From positions 68,800,653-68,864,652 of the forward strand of contig NC_068990.1 in NCBI RefSeq assembly GCF_001194135.2: a DNA stretch of 64,000 bases. The letters run 5' to 3'. The notes under the pieces were generated by a model. It was not told the DNA's origin, ran no database searches, and saw only the letters and a program-made list of their open reading frames with translations. This document shows, piece by piece, positions 26,220-38,485 of this stretch; positions within the stretch are counted from its first letter, which is position 1; the number at the start of each line of letters is the position of its first letter. Source of the stretch: Octopus bimaculoides. Lineage: Eukaryota. A program made the translations under genes and the position numbers.

Positions 26220-26480
26220 AGGTTCAAATTCTACTGCGGTTTACTTTGCTTTACATCCTTTCGGAGGTTCGATAAAATAAAACGCCAGTCAAGAAACAAG
26301 GCTTATGTAATCGACTAGAATCCGTCCTCCCAAAGTCGGTAACCTTCCGCTTTAAATTAGAAATATTATTGCAATAAGAGAATAAGTACTGTCGTCGATT
26401 AATTCGACTAAAATACTTCAAGCTGGTGACCCAGCATGGCCGCGATCTAATGACTGAAATAAGTAAAAGGTAAAAGATAT
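26220..26480 (+). mobile_element. Decayed family A body fused to a family B 3' tail
   Basis: GTTCAAATTC...CATCCTTTCGGAGGTTCGATAAAATAA, then AATAAGTACT...CAGCATGGCCGC...GACTGAAATAAGTAAAAG. Confidence 0.7.
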
Positions 26481-27017
26481 ATATATAACTGAATTTGAAG
26501 TACCTCATGCCAAGTCATCATACAGGTCATAGCACTACACAAGCTCCACATACATGCCCTTTATCTTCCTCTATGTTCCGCGGTTGGCTTTATTATCTCT
26601 ATTACTAAATTAAACTCTTCAAGAAGCCCCGATCCTAGCGCCCCAGACGAATGCCTTCTTTGCCTGTTTGTACCAAACATGCAAATAACTTTAAAAAAAC
26701 CTGACGATGTACACTTTCAATCAGTTTACAAGGATTCAACAAAGAGAGTATAACAGGAAAATCCGTGAATTGTAACGTTGTAATGATGCTCAGGGTGTTA
26801 GAAAATGTATTTAAACTTATTGACAAATTCGCGTTGATGAGGACTAAATTTCGCCTGCTAACTTATTCACCTATGGGTTGAATAAATGGTCAGCCAAAAC
26901 TTAAAAATCCAGTCAATACTAATCTTACAATAAGTTTACCACTATCGTATTCGAGTCATCCCTTCAGGAAATATTTGTGTTATTCTTAAAATTGCTTTAA
27001 TATAAGAACTTGAAAAA

Positions 27018-27240
27018 GGCGGCGTGCTGGCAGAAACGTTAGCACGCCGGGCAAAATGCTTAGCGGTATTTCGTCTGTCTTTACGTTCTGAATTCAAATT
27101 CTGCCGAGGTTGACTTTGCCGTTCATCCTTTCTGGGTCAATAAGTAAAATACCAGATGCGTACTGGGGTCGATCAAACCAACTGCCCCCCCCCCAAAAAA
27201 AAAGACATTCCGGGCGTTGTGCCTAGCGTAGAAAAGAATA
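27018..27240 (+). mobile_element. SINE family A, full length
   Basis: Head GGCGGCGTGCTGGCAGAAACGTTAGC (A-box-like), GAATTCAAATTC (B-box), tail GTGCCTAGCGTAGAAAAGAATA. Confidence 0.95.
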
Positions 27241-27944
27241 TAAGGACCTGAAAAAATTGTTTACCGACATTACATTAAAAGAAAAAAAAGCAGCACAAAA
27301 TCGGTTTCATCAATAGTCGAGAGTAAGATTAATTTGATAAAATTTGGACTAAACTATAATATTTTGAATGTGTAAGAATGGCAGACTCGAATAGAGAACC
27401 TTAATATTCAACCTGCTGAGAGTAGATGATAGTCAACGATGAGGATGATAATTTAGGGAAATTATTGCTTGAGTGTCTCTTCTTAACAGCGTGGTTGTTT
27501 ATAAACGAGTATTGGGCTAAAGAGTTGTCTATAAATGAGGTGGGTCTTAGACAGAAGAGATAAGATAAGTCAAATGACGGAATGGAGTGAATGTTCTTGA
27601 CTTTCTACCGCTATCATGCATGATATTACAAGTTGGGATTACTCTCTTATGATATTTGCTTTTAGTTAAAGTTATATAGCTACAGAAGCCCAGTACTTAT
27701 AAGAAGCCGGTCAAATGTAACGAAAAGCTGAGAGAATGAAAGCTAGTCGATTTCGCGTAAGTTCTTAAACGCTGATAAAACAAGAATGAGTCCCATTCCA
27801 CTGTCGCCCTTCCAACATCCTTTGACATTTCTAAGTAGAGGGAATAACAAAAGTCGTTGGATACTGGCACTTTGACATTTCGTCGTGTGAATACATTTGA
27901 TTGGTAGAATTGATAGATTGAGAAACAAAATGACTTGGAGTGTT

Positions 27945-28115
27945 TAGTTGCATGCCTTTACGTTCTAAGTTCAAATTCCACAGAGGTCGTCTGAAAAATT
28001 CATTCTTCCTTAGTCGATAAAATAATGTGCAAATCAAATATTGAGGTATCGATTTAATCGATTTAATCGATTCTACTCGTCTTCACAATTTCGATGCCTT
28101 GTGCCTCTGCTAAAA
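27945..28115 (+). mobile_element. SINE family A, old and diverged
   Basis: TTTACGTTCTAAGTTCAAATTCCACAGAGGTCG...GTCGATAAAATAA...GCCTTGTGCC. Confidence 0.7.
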
Positions 28116-29292
28116 ATCAATATTTCTACAAGGACGCTGAGAAAGCTAAATATTGCCATAAAAGAACTAGAAACATACTGATCATACAGTTTGGTAATTT
28201 TGAAGAGGTGTTAGGATGTCAGAAAACAATTGGTCGATACATAGCAACAATATGTTTAGATTAGATAAGGCCGTACAGACAGAGAAGTAAAAAAAGAAAA
28301 TCTTCAATAGAAACTTACAAAGAAAAATCTATAAGAATAACATTTATTGTTGATACCGAACGGCTTAAGATGGTAGATTGGATGGCTCGTACAGTGACAC
28401 AACTGACTGATTTAAAGTATTTAGTTATATCTCTTTAATTTCTGAGTTCAAATCCCATCAGTACGGACACGGTTTTTTTTTAATCTTTTACAACAAATGA
28501 TTCTAGTGAAGTACTGGAATTGATCTCATCCTCATCTCTACCCTTCTCTAAACTACGTGGCCCTGAGCCAAAGTTAGAAATCACATTATTTATTACTATT
28601 ATTTCCAGATATTTTTAATTAATGACCAAAACCAATGATTAAACTAAAAATAAAAGGAATACAGAAATGTAAATTAGGGGAGAAAAAATTACAATTTATC
28701 AGCCATTCCAGTGCAACAGAAAATTAATTATACAACTGCCTCTTCCCACCACCACCCACCCATCTTACTCCTTCATCCCACCAGATTTTGTTGCTTTTTA
28801 GCGTCCATTTTCTTTTCATCTTGCATTTTGTCTCCATCTGTTCGTTTCTCTCTCATTCTCTACATATCTCTCTTTTCTCCCTCCCTCATACTCTTTATCT
28901 CTCCTTTTCCTTTCCGTCTCTATCACGTATGTTTTACATCACCACTCACTCTCGCGTTTCTAAATATCTTTCTTTCTTTCTTTCTTTCATTCTTTCTTTC
29001 TTTCTTTCTTTTTTATCTTGTTCGTTTTCGTTACTTCTGACACTGCAATTTGTTTATTTTTTATTATTCATCATACTGCAGTTGTTGATGCAGTTGTCGT
29101 TGGAGCTGCTGTTTTATTTAAATCAAATGATTGTAATTTTTTTTCCTAAAAAACGAATTTCAGTGAAACTCTTATCGATTTATCGAAATGGTTCTGTAGT
29201 GAAATGATACCCCGCCTGTGTTTATAACTCTCAATATAATTGATTATACATATGTGTGTGTGTGTGTGTGGGTGTGTGTGTGTACGTATGTA

Positions 29293-29362
<70 letters not shown>

Positions 29363-29637
29363 TGAGTGTGTGTGAGAGAGAGCGAGAGACAGAGACAGAT
29401 AGAGAGAGACCAAGTTATATCGAAGTGTAACCAAGTCTGGGTATATATAATGAAACTATAGTGTAGTAGTAATTGCAATGGATATAAATTTATGAAAAGC
29501 TTCAATTTAATCGACTATTTGTTATACTATAAATTCCATAAAGTTTATTCTTTGATATAATCTTCGATGTATGTATGTCCGAATGTATGTATGTATGTAT
29601 GCATGTATGCATGTATGCATGTATGTATCTGTGTATG

Positions 29638-30012
29638 TAGGGGCAGACATTGCTGTGTAGTAAAAAGTTTGCCTCCCAGCCACATTGTTCCGGGTTCAGT
29701 CCCACTGCGTGGCACATTGGCAAATGTCATCTGTTACAGCCCCTGTCCACAGGAATTTGTGAATGACTTTGGTAGACTGAATCTGTGTGGAAGCACGTTG
29801 TATATAGATATATGTGTGTATATGTTTATATCTTTGTGCTCTAAACGTTTTGATATCAATTCGTCGAAAAAAAAACGATACAGTAAGTTCTATACTTACA
29901 AAAATGCTGGGGTCAATTTGTTCGGCTAAACCTTTGAAGGCGGTGTCCCAGCCTGGCTGCTGTGAGACTGAACCCGGAACCATGTGGTCGAGAAGCAAGC
30001 TTCTTACCACAC
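29638..30012 (+). mobile_element. Chimeric family B: + strand head and tail with an inverted head fragment at the end
   Basis: Head ...CCGGGTTCAGTCCCACTGCGTGGCAC near 29690; tail part GAAGGCGGTGTCCCAGC near 29940; then GACTGAACCCGGAACCATGTGG...CTTACCACAC (head in reverse) at 29965-30012. Confidence 0.75.
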
Positions 30013-33000
30013 GTACACTGAAATGTACTCTGATACATTTGTCAGCATTTATTCTAGAGGCTTTATTTTACTGAATGAAAATACGCATCGTGTTTTATGC
30101 CGACTAAATATACATTTGAACAGCAAAATTACTTTACTATTAGAATGTATGAATACGCTTGATCTACCGTATGTGTAACACGCCACTTTTCAGCATTTGT
30201 TGGAATTAACTTCACTGAAACCTCCCATATCTAGGTTATTGTTGTCGATCCTGAACTGAAGTATGTTTTATATACTATAAGAACCTTGAATTCCTGTGCA
30301 GTTCGTAAAAAATGGTATACGTATGCCAGTTACAATCAATGAGTATTCAATGGCGATTTTAGTTAGTCTCTGAATCCACACTACATATTATTAGAAAATT
30401 CTAAAATGAAACTGTAGTATATTTGGGACATGTATATTACTGTACGATTTTGGCAAGAGACGTAAAATTTTACTTTGGTTCTCACAATCTTCAAATATGT
30501 AAAACACACATACACATGTTTGTGAGTGTTTGTGTATGTACGTGTATCATTACATACATATATAATGCCATCCGCAGGAAAAATCCCACCTTGGCATAAA
30601 TATAAGTAACTTCTCAACTATGGAATACAAACATATATACTTATCAGCATATGGAATACAGGTGGAACATATTTTTTCACGAAGTGCAAACGTAAGAGAG
30701 CTGAAAGTTATTTCCGACGGAAAACAAAAGTCATTTATTGTCATAAGGGTTAACGGCTTCGTATTTGTGTACATCTCTACCAAAAATAAGCGAGAAGGAG
30801 AACTTCTAATATCTGCATGAAAACCCATAGCTCCTCTCCGTTGATTATAAATTTACATATATGCTAATTATCATTGGTGCAGTTGGTGATGTAAGTAAAT
30901 ACCTAAGACTTAATCTGGAAAGGCTAGGATCTTCAGGTAGAAGAAAAGACCAGCTAACTCGAAGTTTACAGATACAATCTGTGAATGGAACAGTAAAAGT
31001 ACGTAAGTCTTACTTAAAGATTGACATGTTACAATTCTCAGTATTGTTATCAAAGGAGCGTTTTGTTTCTTTGTTAGAAAAAGTTCCCTTATTCTAGAAA
31101 GAGGAATAAATGAAAAGAAAAATCACATTAATACATACACACATATATGTTGTTGCACATGCGTTGATAAGCAATTGAGAATATGTACATTTTTAATATG
31201 GCATATAAGAGATCTGCATTTTCCTGCATGTAAAAATATTTGGACACAGTAGTAGTGAATGAAACAGTAGCTAGAGAGTGAAACGGTGAATAAATTGCAC
31301 TTATACTCTTGTGTATACATAAATCTATCAATACCGATTCCACTTGTCTTCACACTCACTGAAATCAAATAAATAGGGGAAAATTTAAGCATATTCCAGC
31401 GTCTAATTTTTTTATTCATTTATTTATTTATTTTTGCGTATCTTTTTAATATTCTTTTCAACATTTACTTTTTTCTTTTGTCATATCTAACATTCCAGAA
31501 ATCTTTATTTTAAGATGATTTTTTTTTTTCCAATATTACTTATTTGCTATTAACAATTAAATTATCCAATTTATTTCATTTTCTGTTAGAAATAAATGTA
31601 TATGCAACTGAAAGGGGGAAAAAACCAAAAGAAAATTTAATTTCCTTATTGGGTAATCAGTTAGGAAGTATAGAGTCTAGGGGTTACACCTTACCGCCTC
31701 TGACACAGTTAGATAAAATTGGGAGTGCCAGATAATAAACAATTTAGCTCTGTTGGTTTGATCTTTCCACCAGTATCAGGAATAATGCTTTTCTGTTTGT
31801 GTAACAGTCAACTCTATTACACGTAGGTTCCAATAACGTCTTTCTGTCTGTTATTTATTCTTTCAGGGACTAGCACCTGTATTCTATCATACACACTGAG
31901 TTGTTCCCTGAAAGATGGCACTGAATATTCCTTATCTCAATAATCTGTGAAACGAAAAGCGGAAGCTATTGAACAGAGTCGGTATGCTTTGCTTCCAGCA
32001 TTGAAAATGAAGTTTGAATAAGATTGTTATCCTTAGCTACTGTCAATGGCTCTATAAATATAATTTCTGTAACGGTTAATCTTAATAGCGATAAGTTGTA
32101 TAGTTGTGCGCTGATCTCACCAATATGAAGAATTAAGAATTGTGTAGTTACTATCCGTAAACCATTCTCTCGGTCATAAAAATAAAATAATACACAGGCA
32201 CCGCGAGGCGTTATTCAGCGTCAGGTAATAGGCAATTAATCACATGTTTGGACTCACTCTACGAAATCTATCGTATCTAATAACTAACCCTATCACCAAT
32301 GCCTATAACATAATTTATTAATCGAAGTATTACAAGATTCTTTGAAGATTCAGTGGAGTATGTGTGAGATGTCCATTAGCTGCAATAAAAAGGTATAGAG
32401 GAAGTATAAGGGTGGCTACCAAAATGTATAAAGGGAAGTCTACAGGAGATATTAATCTCCCAAATTGGAAATGTTGTTTTTTTTCTGTTAGTTTTATTGG
32501 TGTTTGCATCCATCATCCATCTTACTTGAAAACATTATTACTATCAACATGGTTCATACAAACATCATAGTCGATATGGTTGCTGTCATCTCATAAACAT
32601 AACTACCATCGCTACTATCTTTCATATTAGTTTTACTGTTATTAATCTCTATCAGAGATACTAAGCTTTAGTTTTTCTTTATGGAGTCGGTTACATATGG
32701 AATATTCCGAAATGTATATGAAATGTTGCGGGGATATTGCAAAGGCTAGTTCTGCTTGTTTGGAATATCGACTCAGTAACAATTCTCCGCAAGAGAAGTT
32801 CAAAGGATTATGACATGGACAAAATATGTTGAGACCTAGTTTTCTATTGCGATAAACATTTGACTATGTAAAATCCTCGTACAAATGAAAGAATAAATTA
32901 TCTCATATGAAATTTGCGCTCGGATCTATGAAATTCTGAACTTGTTTCTTTCAATCTGGAATTAGTTCATCTCTCTGCTATGTGTGACTTTTATATGAAT

Positions 33001-33219
33001 TTTGGTTTCAAATTTTGGCACAAGGCCAGTAAATTCGAAGGAGGTATAAATTGATTACATCAACTCCATTTTTCGAAAAATACAGAACGCGTCTAAATAT
33101 GCACGCATAACCAACTTTGATCTCTTTATATATTTTAATTGACGATAACATCACTGCATATACATCTCCCCACTAAACTAGTTTTCGAATTTTTGTATAT
33201 ATATGTGTGCGTGTGTGTG

Positions 33220-33282
<63 letters not shown>

Positions 33283-34075
33283 GCGTGTGTGTGTGTGTGT
33301 GCGCGCGTGTGTATGTGTGTATATTTCCCACCCCTAACGAAAGCTGAACAGTTATCTCTCCTGCTCACAATAATGACAATAATAACGATAACAAATTACC
33401 TCCCCTTAGTTTTTCTACTGTTTGAATCATTCACTTATAAATATCACACACAACATGAACCAAACACTTCCTTCTTAAGAAAACTACGTATTTAAATAAT
33501 TACATCGCAAAATCAAGAATAGCGAAAGGGAAATTGGTCGATATATTAAAAATTATATTAAAACTATGTAAAGTATGTGCATTTTCCTTCTTTAATTTCT
33601 TATATATGTTACAACGCACCACGTGGGGATAATCGAAGTTCCTCGTTGTCAATGATATTTCTAACTTTCCACACATGACCTCAAAGATGACTATTCAGTC
33701 CCGCTGTAGATCTGCATGGTTTCCAGCTGATTAATTTCTGCACACGACACTATTCTCCCATTGCCATAGGATTTTCAACAGAGGAAATGACAAATGAGGT
33801 CACCAGAAAGAAACATTTGTACTTCACTGGATGATTGTGCTAAACGCTTGTACAACACGAATGCTACTCTCTGAGTGTCTGTGATTAGTTCCTAGTGACA
33901 GGCCGAAACGAGATAGCCAGTAATCACGTGAAGCCGCAGGTTTTATATATCAGGATGTTCTTTTGTCCTTGTCTTAGAAGGATGCTGGGACACCAACTAC
34001 GGGTTTCTCTTTCCCAGTAGTTTTAATTAAACGGCTGTTGATTCTCTATAGTTCATCTACCTTTTGACACATCTA

Positions 34076-34289
34076 TCTTTTACTTGCGTCAGCCATTTTG
34101 ACTGCAGCCAAGCTGAGACACCTCCTGTAGTCAAACAAATCGATCCAAATCGTAGTACTTATTCTAGCATTTTGTCGAACCACTAAGTTAGGTGGACGTA
34201 AACACACCTACACATATTGTCAAATGGTGGTTGGGCACAAACGCAGATAAGCAGACAAACACACGAATATATATATATATATATATATG

Positions 34290-34358
<69 letters not shown>

Positions 34359-34495
34359 GACGAGCTTCTTTCAGTTTCTGTCTATCAAATCCACTCAAAG
34401 CTTTGGTTAACCTGAAGCTATAGTAGTAGACGTTTGCACAAGGTTTCACACAGTGGGACTGAACTCGTATCCACGTGGTTGGGAAACAAACCATC
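34076..34495 (-). mobile_element. SINE family B, diverged, with long internal (TA)n
   Basis: Reverse-complement homology across tail, body and head. Confidence 0.85.
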
Positions 34496-35034
34496 CTGCA
34501 GTTCGTTCAAAAAAAAACATTCCACATACACTAAGCAGGCTTCGTGGTGTTGCCAGCTCAGTCGCTGATGACCCAACTGGGAAACATGTTGTACTGGGTT
34601 TCCTGATACCAGCAGCACTCAAGAGTGACCCGAGACATGTATGTATATATACATACAGATATACATATATACATGCATTCATAGATATACATATATATGT
34701 GTGTATGTATACATGTATAAATGTGTATGTACATACATATATATGTGTGCATGCATGCAAATATATGTGTAAGCATACGCACCTATATGAGTATGCATAT
34801 AAATACAGAGACATATATATACATAGACACGTACATAAACTACATAGATATTCGCATTCATACCTACATATACGTATATGTATATACTCATACACACAGA
34901 GGTACATATACACACACTTATCCACATATATACATATATGTTTATGTATTCATTCAAACATAATATGCATGTGTGTGTGTGTGTATGTGCATATACAGGC
35001 ATATATACAGGTGCGCATATGTTTGTGAATGTAG

Positions 35035-35074
<40 letters not shown>

Positions 35075-35729
35075 GCATATATACATATATATACATATGT
35101 ATATAAAGAAACAAACCCACACACAATCACACAGACAGAAACAGAACACAATTAAGATAAAACGAGGGAAATCAGACAAAAAGTTCAAAAGATCTAAAGA
35201 AACAAAGCATAAGTTTGTTATAACGAGTGACAGCTTGAAATCCCAGATGGTATTAAGTTGAAAATTAAAGCAGAATCTCCAATCTTCAATTGTATAAAAT
35301 CATTCATTTTGGTGGATACAAAAATGGATCAGAACAAACAGCAGGAGATTGCAGCGAGAAGCTGCAAGATTTCATTGTGTTTGTTTCCTTTTTGTATTTT
35401 AAATTAGAAAATATTTTTTTCCATGTGTGTTATGTACATATACATCATATATATATGTGTGAGGTTTTCTGTATCTGAGTGTTTTTTTCTGTCTATGTAT
35501 GCATGTATATGTGTGTGTGTGCATATGTGTATGTATCTGTATCTATCTACCTATATATACATTCATACATACGGCCTCTCCCGCCGAAGACGATGTATGA
35601 CTGCGCAGTGAGAAGAGAAAAAAGAATATCCAGCCAAATAGACCATCAACCACCCATATTACTATTACAACTATTCACCAATGTTTACAATTCTTTCACT
35701 TCACCTGGTGACTCCTCATGCCACCAAAA

Positions 35730-36030
35730 GCTATATGGATATGAACATGTTTTATTAAACCAGCACGTAACCCGGCTGAGAAATGAGCTGGGCGTAGTTT
35801 GCAGGGTGACTGTCGTTCTGCTGATTTATTTTCCTATTTTCCCGTAACTGCTCCTCTTGAAATATCCTTTGAGTTCCGAAATTTTGAAGTTGAGAAAACA
35901 CTTTTTCCTCCATTCTGCACAGTTTCTTGCAAGATTCTCCAAGTTTTCTTTCCTAATGTTTAGGCGTTTCAAATCATCTTTGAATTTGTCCTCATACTGC
36001 AGAAGTGACCGGCTTACCACTGCGTCGGAA
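35730..36030 (-). pseudogene. RTE-clade LINE C-terminal relic
   Basis: ORF 35826-36020 LQYEDKFKDDLKRLNIRKENLENLARNCAEWRKKC matches the RTE/BovB-type pattern RYKD.LK..LK...I....WE.LA.DR..WR. Downstream GLIKHVHIH resembles the terminal zinc-finger-like motif. Confidence 0.7.
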
Positions 36031-36495
36031 ATTTAAATGCTGATCATGTGTATGTGTGTGTGTGGTGGGGGGTAGTAACTAAACACACGCGAATCCCTTA
36101 AACCACGTCTTAATTCGCGTACTAAAGGCAGTTTCTTTTTTCGTTGAGTGCTCAACAAAATATCTAAAATGTGTTGGGTTTATGACCAATCTATATGTAA
36201 ATAAAATAAATGGAAAGAATATATATAAAAGCAACCCTTGAAAAATAAAAAGTTATATAGAGGCTTCGTTCGCGGTACCGAAGCGTTGTATCTTGATAAT
36301 CTTGCCTTCATGTGGAATCATATATTCCTTGAGGATAAGAAGTCAAAGGCAAAGCACGTTTAGCGTTACGTAATTTCACGTTAACACAATATCTTCATGA
36401 ACGCAGTGCATCTGTCACACAGTCAGCCCCAAGCCGATCACAGCCTTGTAATTCAAATTGGTAAAAGGAAACTGAATGAAGGTTCTCATGTGTAG

Positions 36496-36702
36496 AAGCT
36501 GACCAGACGAGTTGAGTTTAAATCAAGGTGCCGGTGAGAACCACTGACGAGCGTTAATGTAAACACAATATCACTAGTGATCTAGCTATGTCCGGCGCTT
36601 AGGTAGCCTGCCTCCCTTGTTAGTAAATAAGATGGTGCGTTACTGTGGTCACGAGTTGCTTTGACTATTATTTCTAGCAATGCTGGTGCTTTAGTAACGT
36701 AT
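36496..36702 (+). repeat. Hammerhead-bearing repeat unit, copy 1 (core degenerate)
   Basis: Roughly 80% identical by eye to 36811-37041. Keeps CTGACGA (36544-36550) and a perfect stem III palindrome ATCACTAGTGAT (36570-36581), but the GAAA core reads AATA. Confidence 0.85.
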
Positions 36703-36810
36703 AAATTTTGGGCTTTCGGTTGAAAAATTTCTAACAAGCCATCCTTATTATTTATAATTTACACCTTTACTATCTATGAAATCAGCATATGATTTCTATG
36801 GTTATCTTAT

Positions 36811-37041
36811 AAGCTGACAAGGCGAGTGAGTTGTGTTTAACCCAAGGCGCCGGTGAGAGCCACTGACGAGCGTTAATGTAAACGCGAAATCACTGGTTAT
36901 CTGGCTATGCCCGGTGCTTAGGGATCTCGCCTCCGTTGTCTGTAAATAAGACTGCGTTATTGTGGCTATGAATTGTTTTTGACTCTTATTTCTAGCAATA
37001 CTGGTGCTGAATCGCGCTCCAAGTCGCTTTAGTGACGTATA
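36811..37041 (+). repeat. Hammerhead-bearing repeat unit, copy 2 (candidate non-LTR retrozyme)
   Basis: Direct repeat of copy 1, offset 315-319 bp, ending in CGTATA followed by (CA)n. Confidence 0.85.
36847..36917 (+). ncRNA. Type I hammerhead ribozyme with intact catalytic core
   Basis: Stem I AGCCA(36858-62)/TGGCT(36902-06); CTGACGA(36863-69); stem II GCGTT/AACGC with loop AATGTA; GAAA(36886-89); stem III ATCAC/GTTAT (one mismatch, 2-nt loop); cleavage triplet AUC at 36899-36901; distal stem I GCGCCGG/CCGGTGC beyond a 4x4 internal loop. Confidence 0.8.
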
Positions 37042-37379
37042 CACACACACACACACACGTAATTCTGGTTCATTGATCAGGTTTATATTTCAATTGATGA
37101 TGGAAATGTAAAACAAGGAAGGTGTATTTTATAAAACAACAACGAAAAGGTTTACAAACGAACAAAATATTTATGTTAAATCACTCAATACTTTGTTTGA
37201 CATCTGATTTATCCCGCACAAACAGTAACGATGCATGATTTCGACAAAATATTTGCAGTAACCTAGGGTTAATACTAAAGTTCTAAATATCCCGTGTTTA
37301 AACCTGCAGTATTTTGTCTTAAATCCGAAATTAATGAAGCATCATAAGCTGCCATTATATATATATTTTTTTTATGATC

Positions 37380-37760
37380 CTATGCTATTAGATTAATGCC
37401 AGGCGAGCCAGCTTGCTGTCCAAATTGAATGATATCATTATCTCCGAGCCAGTTTTTCATGCATATTGCAGACTGAGAAGGTGCACCAATCTGTTGGAAT
37501 GTACAGGTATTATGTACGATCATATAAGTTCGAAGTTTCCACAGATTATCTGAATAGATTTTAACTCTACCTGTCAAGGTATTTTCATAAATTTGTCCGA
37601 AACCGCCATAATTGTTTTCAAACTTTTAGTTAGCCCTTGTTTCATACGTTCTGCGTAACATAAAACTTTTCTTTCAACACCTTCCATGTTATTCTGCTGG
37701 TTGAAAATAAATTGGGAATGTGTGTCATATATGATACATGGACGCCAGAGAAGTATATCG
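37380..37760 (-). pseudogene. Decayed Tc1-family (DD34E) transposase C-terminal relic
   Basis: FQQ[I]GAPSQSAICMKNWLGDNDIIQFGQQAGSPGINLI[A] aligns with the Tc1 pattern FQQDNAP.H...W...WP..SPDLNPIE, with exactly 34 residues between the mutated D and E positions. Confidence 0.6.
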
Positions 37761-38425
37761 GTTGTATCACATCTGTTGCAAAGGACAAACAAAGAGTCAA
37801 AATCTACCTTTTGCAAAGATGCATTCGCAAAATATCATAATGGATGGCCGCTAGTTGACTCTTGCAACTCCATGCCGGGGACTGTAACTTTAATTTGATC
37901 GAAAACGAACATAGATAGTAATATGGCTTTAAACCAATTCATTTTAGTGTAATTTTTATTATCCGTGTAAAACTGCAGAGGATGCGGGACTCTCAGTTAC
38001 AAGTGTTATGACACTAAATCATTCGGATCAGCCAAACGGTTCCACCGACAGGACGAAATCCAAAGATTTCTAGAGAATATGACAAATACATTTGCAGAGG
38101 TTAATATCTTTTTGAATCTGAAGCTATTGAAAAGTAGGGAAGCAATTTCAACCCCATTTTTATATTATTCAGGTGGTAATTTTTTAAATATTTCAAATAT
38201 TATATTAATGCACCTGACAATAAATGAAACCTCAAATACAAGACAAAATTACGAAATATTTCATCATTCAAATATCATATAACGTAATATAAATTAATTA
38301 ACTTTATTAAGTGGAAATATTTTCTAATAGATAGTTGAGATAATTGGTTATCTTTATAGCAAATCATAATTCGAATAATGTTAAATAATTTTATATCAAG
38401 AACTTTGACTTGAACTGTAGATAGA

Positions 38426-38485
<60 letters not shown>

